Assembly (NCBI RefSeq): GCF_000400465.1
Contig: NW_008806277.1
Location: forward strand, 210,001-242,000
From: Wallemia ichthyophaga EXF-994
Taxonomy: Eukaryota; Fungi; Basidiomycota
Length of the DNA stretch: 32,000 nt
Direction: 5' to 3'
Position numbers and translations under genes: made by a program. Below, in pieces: positions 10,091 to 19,214 of the stretch. The notes beneath the pieces are model-generated. The model had not been told where the DNA came from, did no database searches, and saw only the letters and a program-made list of their open reading frames with translations. The stretch's first letter is position 1. Every line of letters starts with the position of its first letter.

Positions 10091-11693
10091 ATGGCTTGCG
10101 ATAATGGTCGTAAAATGTACAGTTTATGTGCAAAAGATTCACATCAACGAATGGTTCTTAACACTATCTTTCGAATGAAGTCTTAGCTCAACACTAACGT
10201 TGTTGAAATCCCATAGGGAACGTCTGGCAAATAATGCTGCTTTCGCGTAGCTTTTCTTTCCAACATGAAGTTGTTTGATGGAAGTTATAGCAGTTTATTT
10301 CGTAATTATGTCTCATTCAGAAAATGAGAGTTTTCACACCTGCTCATCTCGGTATAGTGATCGTTTGATCATTAATAATGTAGCTTTGAATACGACCTTC
10401 ACTTTATTTGGAAACTTACAATGGTTTTGAAAACTTTATATTTCTTACTTTCGTGTCTCATTTCGTTGAAGGCCACCTTTTTAGTGATTACCTGTAGTGG
10501 GCTGAAGCATGAACGTTTACGGTTTTACTAATCACGCTACAAGTACTATTGCTTAATGTTTCTGTATTTTGTTGGTCTCAGGTGATTTGCGATCTGTAGT
10601 TTTATTAGATGTAATCATTTTATCTTCAGCTGTAATTGTACCGTAAGCTAGCCTTCCAACCGTTTTTACTTTGAAACGATGTATGATACTATCAGAATTT
10701 GTATTTAATCATGAGCTTTTCTGAATTAAAACTCGGTGGGCTACACTTTGTAATTGCTATTGGGTTGGTCTAGCTTTTTATCTAGCGGTTAGCCAAATTA
10801 GAAATGTTATGTTGAGCAACCCCAACGTTTTCCAATGTTGCACCCTTAAAGTCTACTAGTGTGCATCTCCCAAATTGAACAATGAATAAGTCAGTTTTAA
10901 AATATTATAGTCAGTTTCTTTTGATATTCTCTATAATTGGACCTGAAATTCAATCGTGACTCGCCCTCAAAGGTTCTACGTAACGACTTGATCTCTAATG
11001 TGTATATTTGCATACGTTTGTGGTTACATATGGCAAGAGTACATTTTGTTCATCTGTTTATCATTAAGTAATTCTTATAACTGTGATGAGGAAGCATCTC
11101 GCCCAGAAAAGACAATTCCCCGTATGTTTCAATCGCAGTGATAGTCTTTCAAATACAAACCGATCTCTTCTGTTGAGAGTAAACTACTTTTAAACCTGTG
11201 TTACACTTAGCTTCCTCTTTCGATCATTAATTCGGTGGTGATTATAAACTAGCGACGAGCTAAGGATCAATAGATCCAGCAGTAGCTGTGTCAGATACCT
11301 TAACGGCTTGTTATTTGGCTCTTTTCTACAATTTGGCCCTTCAATCTGGCTAATCTATCTATGCACAAGCCAAATAAACACGCTCAACTCAAAACAAGAC
11401 AAATATCAAATTAATCTCATCACATACAATTTCATAAGGATCTGCGAGTTTTGTTAGGGCCTGGTTAATACTCATGTTGAATCAGATTATTTCCCATTCG
11501 GGCCTTATCTATCCTGAAATATTACATTCCAAATTACTGAAAAGTTTGATAATTACACTCTTTATCAGTGTAATGCGATTTTCGACTTTATACAAGACGA
11601 AAGGGCCACATAGATGTCGAGTCAGGTCACTTTTCATTTGCCTTTTATAGTGACCTAACCTTTTGTACTCATTTTGTGATATTCATAGCGGTG
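10091..11693 (-). repeat. Long inverted repeat, right arm (1603 bp)
   Basis: Reverse complement of 7409-9011. Pairing stops abruptly at both ends (after ...CATAGCGGTG at 11693 and before ATGGCTTGCG at 10091). Confidence 0.97.
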
Positions 11694-11914
11694 TAATTTT
11701 CCTACTGATGAATGCTTAATGTGACTTTAGTTCACACAAAGACCTCTTGTTACACTCTTCCTGTTGCTAAAATCTTAACTAACTCTTTCTTCAGACATGA
11801 AACATTAATGCCATCATGCATTAGGGGGTTCCTTACCTGAGAGATTTCTGTAACTCTTTAGTAGGGCTATCACTCCCTGAACCCCAATCGCGTTCGAAGT
11901 TGTAGAAGTAAGTT

Positions 11915-12325
11915 CGTACTTTTCGATCTTTTCTTTGTACGTGTTGTTTGGTACCAGTTCTTGGTATGATTACGATACGTGTACAAAAGTTATGAATTTC
12001 AAAATGTCATTTTCGTACGCCGTAAAATATATCGAAGGTATTCGACCTGACAAAATATAAAGTGGATACCGATTGATAGTTTCATTTAAATGAATTTTTA
12101 TTCGATAATAATTATAATTCTCATTGTATTCCAGGGAGCACAGCACGATATAGTACCCGTACTTTTCGTACAGTGAGATCGAAATGCGTACAAAGTTAAC
12201 GTCTACGGTATGAGTACAAAATTAAATAATCTGTATGAGTGCAACATTACAGAATGTTTATTAATTTGTACAATTCAATTAAAGCCAATGATGAGCTGCA
12301 CCAGAGTCGAACTTGCTTCACGTAC
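11915..12325. repeat. Cluster of 12 GTAC-core motifs, loose consensus TTTTCGTAC / CGTACAAA
   Basis: GTAC at 11916, 11937, 11951, 11981, 12015, 12153, 12159, 12168, 12188, 12214, 12268 and 12322, plus one at 12612. CGTACTTTTCG is repeated exactly at 11915 and 12158. Confidence 0.7.
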
Positions 12326-13244
12326 GAAATTACGTTTAGTGATAGCACTACTGTTCAGTAGCACTGTATTGCAGTTCCCTAAACTCTTTGAAAATGCTTG
12401 TAAGGATTCTAAACGTAGTCTGTGTATCAATAAGAAGCTTCGATGTTTGAAGTCAATGCCTCGTCGAGATTACTTAGGGTGTAAAACTGCAGATTGCTGC
12501 GCCAAATAATTTACGTATTGGACTTAAAGTTCTAAGTTATTGATCTTCGTAATGTAATCTAATGCCTTGTCCCTTTCCTACTACCTATGAAGAGCAAAAC
12601 CCGGGTTTCACGTACAAATTTCGCTGTCAAGCCTGTGCTTTTTAAGTTACTGTGTTAACTGAGCTGTTCAACGAAGGTTAATGTATCTGCTGATTCGTCA
12701 GCTATAAGCTTGTATGCATGCGTAGCTTGTTCGCGCAAGTGGCGTCTTTTTTTTCTCTTGTTCCGATTTGTTTAAGCGTTCTTTGCGAGTGATATCACTA
12801 GGCGTGTCTGGAACTTTCTGCGTAATTTCGCCCAACAGTCTAATCCATGTAATCGAAACAAGTCTCAGATTTCTATTCGTATCGGGTTTCTTGCACGATT
12901 ATCCTCTGTTTATGAGAATAAAACATCAGGCCCAAAGCCATTCTCTTCTTCCCACTTTTCAGTTTACCTTAGCCTACAATTTTTAGTACTTTTTAACAAG
13001 TGCATGTCTGTAAGGTTCTAGGAAAGTCTTGACATGTTTTCAAGTTAACTCTCTTTTCTGTGCATGACTTGGTCTGGACATATTTTAGTAGCACGCTGCT
13101 GCTTTGGATGCTTTGAAGGTCTTACGTTAGTACCTATAGCTAGATATAGTATTACATTGATGGGTGGTGGGGACACATTTTAATGCAATGATTATTTCCT
13201 ACACCATGCTTTCTTCAGACATAGCACCCACTACTATAATTCAT

Positions 13245-13785
13245 GTAATTCTTAAGTTTTTGTTGGTATCACTTAATGTTTTGATTCCATTACACAGAAA
13301 CGATTTAACAAATTGTCTAAGTTCCATATTGCTGTGTTGAGGAATTGCTTGTACAGCGATAAAACAGATAGAACAAATTTAATAAGTGAGATTAATCTGA
13401 AGTATGTCATGAGGAAAGGCGTGTTTGTACAGTAAATGTGAATTGTAGAACTCCATGCTTCAGTTTAGACTGGTGGAAGGGTAATATGAAGAAAGTTAGA
13501 CGTGAGGTGGCGCATGTGGAGTGCCAAAAGCCTAGCAGCAAGAGGAATACCATCCATCGTGCTTCTTTTTGTTACCGCGTCTTATAATATATTTTTGACT
13601 CTTGCTTAGTTTGTATAAAATACATCTCAACAATTTGCAGAATGTGTCGGGCCCAGCGGTGTTCCCTTCCGGTCGGTTTTCAGTACACCCTGACCTAATG
13701 CACGCATCTCAAAATGTGGTCTTTTGCTGATTCCTGATTTCAGAGAATGCAACAGGCGCAATCGGCTCTCACTTTTGGTCACGTT
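13245..13785 (-). repeat. Old degenerate inverted repeat, right copy (pairs with about 6510-7030)
   Basis: Anchors: TTCTTAAGTT (13249), CAGTTTAGACTGGTGGAAGGG (13461), CCAAAAGCCT..AGCAAG.AGGA, CCATCGTGCTT, CTTGCTTA, ATCTCAA, CAGTACA (13681), AATGCA.GCAT, TGATTTCA, CTCACTT..GTCAC (about 13766-13782). Confidence 0.75.
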
Positions 13786-14132
13786 CTAGTTTTTCTAAGT
13801 ACCGGTTTCATGAATATCATGATAGATTACCTTTAGCGCAATCTTGGACGGCACAAACAAGCCTAAATGAGATAACTACCTTGATGACAACATAATGCAG
13901 AGAAAGATATGTTCAATATCAGTACTCTCATATTAATTCGCAACCTTTATGCTTGTCGTATCGAGACTGTTGAGCAATTGAATAGGCTTGAATTGAGATT
14001 TTATCTTATTTTATAAATTCGTTAGTAATTATGCGATGGGTGGGTGGGTGTAGCGATCAATACCAGCTGCGGACGGTCGTATAGTCTAGAAATTTTTTAG
14101 GATGAGACAATGAATCATATCTCGATAACTAT

Positions 14133-15235
14133 CTATTTAAAATAATCCGGTAATATGTAGGACAGTTTCTCTTTCGACTCCTTCGTGAATTTGTCTTTGG
14201 ATGTAACAATGCTAAATTGCATGGAGCCATTCTGGGAAGGAATCTTGTTGGCTGATATTGCATCATGAACATGTTGCAAAACATTTTGGGCCACGAATTT
14301 TGAGTTTTCAGCGTTAGTGGTTAAAGTTTTGATCACTTCAGCGACTGTTACAGGCTCTTCATTCATTCTCCATGCATCATAGTCTGTTGATGTGCAGATG
14401 AGCGAGTACCCTAATTCTGCCTCTTTAGCCAATTTGGCTTCAGGAATAACGGACATATTAATAATATCAGCTCCTAATTGTCTGTACATCCTAGATTCGG
14501 CACGAGTAGAGAACTGAGGACCCTCCATACAAACTAGTGTAGAGTCGCGATCACCATGGTTAGTATGCAGATTCAAACCTGATGGTAAAACTTGCTTGAC
14601 AAGTGGGGCAATAAAAGACGATAGCTCAGTAGTAAAGGGTTCACCAAACATAGCATGGGCAACTACTCCCTGATTCAATCCAAAGTAAGTATGCTGTCTA
14701 ATGGACTTTGTGCGATCGATGACCTGGTTCGGAATAATGAAGTCACCTGGCTTGATCTCCTCTCTGAGAGAACCCACAGCAGAAAAGGCAACAATGGCCT
14801 TAACGCCTACGTGTTTCAAAGCAGCAATGTTAGCTTGACCATTAACTTCAGATGGAGTAATGGAGTGATTGATGCCATGCCTAGCGATGAAAGCAATCTG
14901 AGCTCCTGACGGAAGAGCAAGAATCATTACATTTGAGCTTGGTCTACCCCAAGGCTAGGAGAGAAATAAGAAGGCTGGAGAAAGGAGAAGAAGAGACTAA
15001 CTGTTTGAACACCGACATCCTTGACATGCTTCAAACTGTCAAGCTTGTAGAATCCGCTGTAATCTTGGTTAGAAAATTATGGAGTATAACGGGACAAACC
15101 TTCCACCTGTAAGAGAAATGCTTGAGTACAGGCAGAAACATAAGCAGAAGTAGGGAATTACCAATAACACCAATTAAAGGATCTAAAATATGTAAGCTTA
15201 GCTTAGTTTCCAAACACCGCCAACTCACTCGTCAT
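14133..15235 (-). CDS. MEU1: S-methyl-5'-thioadenosine phosphorylase (MTAP), about 303 aa; exons 15235-15229, 15182-15162, 15106-15100, 15056-15002, 14954-14133
   Basis: Spliced N-terminus MTNPLIGVIGGSGFYKLD...TPWGRPS; motifs [51 protein letters not shown]. Four 43-55-nt GT-AG introns give a continuous frame. Confidence 0.93.
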
Positions 15236-15262
15236 CGTCGTTTTGATACGGTCACGCTCAGG

Positions 15263-16670
15263 ATGGATAAGAAAATAGATATTTCAACAGATAGCAAAAA
15301 TCAGAGTAAACTTTCGTCTGCAGGTGAGCAGCACCACAATAAACAATTTATAGCGACTAACTTATCTAAGGTCTATCCGTTGTAAGCTATTGTCTTGCGT
15401 CGATAGCGATGACAGTAAGTAGAGGTGTACCTCAATCACGGCCTTGTTGAAGCACATTGATATTAGGTAATAAACAGTAAGCTGGTTATCCTGTGTCTTC
15501 CTAACTGACCTTGGATAGAATATATTGTGTCTGGCAGAGGCTTTGACATGAATTTATTGTTATTAGCTATACAGTCTATAGTTTCGATATCATTAGTGTC
15601 TGGTTTGAAGTCGTTGAATGTCATCAACTTCCGAAACTTCAATTGGTCAGATACCAAGTCCTGGTTTCCAGTTAGCTTTCTTTTAGCTGTCGTCATTTAC
15701 ACCGGCTCCAAGTCACTGCAGCATCTTCAAATACCAGTTTATACCATTTTCAAGAACCTAACAATCATCCTCATTGCATACGGTGAAACTTTGTGGTTTG
15801 GCGGTTCGATCTCGAAGCTAACCTTCTTTTCATTTCTTTTGATGGTCCTATCTTCTCTGGTAGCTGCATCGGATGATATTGTCAGCGCCTTTTCACATGT
15901 CGAGTCACCTGGTTCGGCCAATGGATACTGCTGGATGCTTACAAATTGTCTCTCTAGCGCTGCATATGTGAGCATCCAGATTTCAACTCTGTATCAGCTG
16001 ACGGATGCCTTAAGGTCCTCTTGATGAGGAAGAGAATAAAAGTTACCGCTTTCAAAGATTGGGATTCAATGGCGTGGGTTTGAATGGAAACTGATTCATT
16101 GTTGCTAATAGTTTTAAGATACAATAACGCTCTCTCAGTTCCTTTGCTCGTATTTGCGTCGCTGGTCAAAGAAGACTGGTCGTTAGAGTCGCTAGAGAAA
16201 AATTTCCCACCTTCAAACAGACACTTATTGTTGTCGACGATAGTATTTTCTGGAGCAGCAGCAGTTAGTTAAGACTACGATCTACTTGAAGCGAGCTAAA
16301 AATATCTACAGGTAGGGATTAGTTATACAACAGCTTGGTGCGTGCGTACAACGTCCTCAACAACTTACTCGTTCGTGAAGCTTTTGACGTTTAACTTTTC
16401 TGATAAGTTGTATAGCATGGTAGGAGCATTGAACAAATTGCCAGTCGCGGCATCTGGGTTGATATTCTTGTGTGTTTTACGTTTTACAAGAAGGATAATA
16501 AGCTAACATAAACATTCAGTAACGATCCAGCTACACCGAAGTCCATATCAGCCATAGCGATTGGATTCGTTGCCGGGGTAATGTATACAATAGCGAAGCA
16601 AAATCAAACGAGGATAGGAGCGCAAAAGCAAAACAGTTATATACCTCTAACGAGCAATAACAACAAATAA
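15263..16670 (+). CDS. VRG4: Golgi GDP-mannose transporter, multi-exon
   Basis: [84 protein letters not shown]. Internal exon boundaries only partly traced. Confidence 0.9.
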
Positions 16671-16796
16671 ATTGAAATAGCATCGATAAATTTTTTTTAA
16701 TGCACTTGAATAATTTCGCGGATTGAAGGCTGCCATTACAAAACCAAATAAAGTGAGTAGAGAGGATTGAAGAGTAATCATCTGACGAAAGTAAGG

Positions 16797-17394
16797 ATGT
16801 CAATTGAGGAAATCCAAGAAAACGTAGAGAACCTTAACTTCAGCGAACCAGGTCCTTCAAACGCAGCTACACAGAGTCGTGCAGAGAAGAAGGCCAGACA
16901 AGCGCTTCAAGGTCATGGATTGAAAAAGGTCCCAGGTGTCACCAGAGTCGTTCTCAGACGCTCACGTAATGTCATGCTCGTAGCATCGAACCCAGAAGTG
17001 CACACGGCACCAGGCTCAGGTATCCACATAGTGAGTTGCTGTCAAAATGAAGTAAAAAAAGATTACTGACGAGGATTAGGTCTTTGGTGAATTTAAGGTG
17101 GAAGACCCAAGCCAATTACAAGCCGCACAAGGAGAAGCTCCAGAAGGCCAAGACAAGTCAGAATCAAAGAAGCCAGAAGAGATCATGTCAGAAATGGACA
17201 CCCAAGCGGCAAACATTTCTGAAGCAAAGGGCAAAGACGTTGAAGACGAAGGAGAAGTAGATGAAACTGGCGTCGACGCTAAAGATATCGAGCTCGTTAC
17301 TGCACAAGTAGGCTGCACACGCGCTAAAGCAGTAAAGTCGCTCAAGGAGAAGAATGGGGATTTGATTAACGCCATAATGGCAGCCTCCGACTAA
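16797..17394 (+). CDS. EGD2: Nascent polypeptide-associated complex alpha subunit, about 182 aa; exons 16797-17030, 17080-17394
   Basis: NAC domain ([12 protein letters not shown]...[11 protein letters not shown]...IVFGE.KVED) and C-terminal UBA ([18 protein letters not shown]...GDLINAIM). 49-nt intron. Confidence 0.9.
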
Positions 17395-17576
17395 GGACAA
17401 AATTTTGACAGTACATATCGAAAAACAATGTTTATTTAGAAATAAATGAATTTAAAATAAAAAGAAGAGAGTGTGAATATTTGAATAGATATGCATTCCA
17501 AACTAAATAATTCAACATTCATAACTCCGTACTGACATGAGGCGGTCAGTGCTTGACGTTCTTGGACCAAATCATC

Positions 17577-18911
17577 ATGGTGCAATCCATCTCAGAAGCT
17601 GAATCTATTGGCATACTCAACCTGCCAAATCAGCGCCATAAGAGTAATTCCTTTCTCTGTGTCCGTCATGCCCAGCTAACGCTCTCTAGTTGGTTAGTTG
17701 CCAGGTCATCACGCTAACAAACCAATTAACTGTACCGTAGTCGCAAAGCGTGGTGGACATTTCACTATAATGGTCGTCGGTGAATCTGGCCTCGGAAAGG
17801 TTAGTAGAATTGTACGTGACACGCTTTTCTAATCACGACTATCAGTCTACACTCATCAACACACTCTTTTCCACTGAGCTTTCCGCTAAGAAGGATTACC
17901 GTCGCCGCCACGCCAAGCAGCTCGACAAAACTACTGAGATTGAGATTATCAAAGCGTACGTTTATTTATGTCTTAGATATGTCTCTGACGTGCTTTAGTG
18001 AATTGGAAGAGAAGCAATTTAAGGTTAAGCTCACTGTCATCGATACCCCTGGCTTCGGTGATTACGTTAACAACCGTGATAGCTGGTCTCCAATTATTGA
18101 TTTCATTGATGATCAGCATGAGTCTTATATGCGTCAAGAGCAACAGCCAAACCGTCAGGAAAAATCTGATATGAGGGTACACGCTTGTTTGTACTTTGTT
18201 CGTCCAACTGGCCACACACTTAAGCCACTGGACATCGAAATCATGAAGAGACTTGGTACGCGTGTCAACCTTGTTCCAGTAATCGCAAAGGCAGATACCC
18301 TTACTCAGGCTGATTTACAGTCATTTAAGAAGCGCATCTGGGAGGTCATTCACGCTCAAGGTATCAAGATATATCAACCACCTGTTGAATCTGACGATGA
18401 AGGCAACCAACAACACGTTCAAGACCTCATTGACTCTTTGCCATTCTCAATCATTGGCTCAACTGAGGATGTGAAGAATGGTGAAGGAAAGCTTGTGAAA
18501 GGAAGACAATACTTATGGGGTGTGGCTGAGGTTGAGAACGAGCAGCACTGTGACTTTAGAAAGTTAAGACAGCTCCTCGTTAGGACGCACATGCTTGATC
18601 TGATCAATACCACTGAAGAAACGCACTATGAGCACTACAGACAAGCACAAATGGAAACGAGGAAATTTGGAGAACCAAAACCAAAGAAGCTTGACAACCC
18701 AAAGTTCAAAGAAGAAGAGGAAGCTCTCAGAAAGAGATTTACTGAACAAGTTAAGTTGGAGGAAGGCAGATTTAGGCAGTGGGAGCATCACTTGATGGCT
18801 GAGAGAGACAGATTGAACAAGGATCTCGAAACTTCTCATGGACAAATCAAATCAATTGAGTCAGAGTTGGATGCAATACAAATTGGCTATGGCCGCTCAC
18901 AACGCCGTTAA
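17577..18911 (+). CDS. CDC12: Septin, Cdc12/Spn4 group; exons 17577-17643, 17690-17692, 17741-17799, 17846-17955, 17999-18911
   Basis: NLPNQRHKIVAKRG, G1 GESGLGKST, G3 DTPGFGD, G4 AKAD, GRQYLWG.AEVENE.HCDF, and C-terminal coiled coil EEEALRKRFTEQV..EE.RFRQWE..L.AERDRLNKDLE typical of the Cdc12/Spn4 group. Confidence 0.92.
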
Positions 18912-19214
18912 CGATTGACTTGAATACCCATTTACACTGATGAACAATCAAGATGAATATAATTTTACATTTCTTAATAAATTTATAAGTAATACATGAT
19001 ATGGGTTTATGTTTAGTTTTCTTTGGGTTTTGGTATATCGCTGTGCCTGTCACGCTGATAGCAGTCTTAGCCCTATCTAGACAGAGGAATGGAGGGAAAA
19101 CTGTTAATAAATCACAATCAAATAAATTTAGATTTTAGTAATTAAACTGCTATAAAAAAAGTTACCCAATTCGACTCGCACTCTTTCGTCAGTACCACCA
19201 CCGAGCGAGCTAAA

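Larger units (their letters stand above)
5576..14132. other. 8.56-kb stretch without a credible gene, containing nested inverted repeats; candidate regional centromere
   Basis: Only three short ORFs (72-99 aa) with no recognisable motifs. Flanking genes are separated by tens of bp. AT-richer than the coding flanks. Confidence 0.55.

Noticed and set aside
7400-11700. Long IR as the terminal inverted repeats of a foldback or CACTA-like DNA transposon (ends CAC...GTG)
   Set aside because: Flanks are AATAG and TAATT, so there is no exact 2-, 3- or 5-bp target-site duplication. The end is CACCG rather than CACTA/G, and no transposase remnant is visible. Not fully excluded without a genome-wide copy search.
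9778-12986. ORFs 9778-10023, 12210-12509 and 12768-12986
   Set aside because: Short, no family motifs, composition like noncoding DNA, one starts at TTG; treated as chance ORFs.
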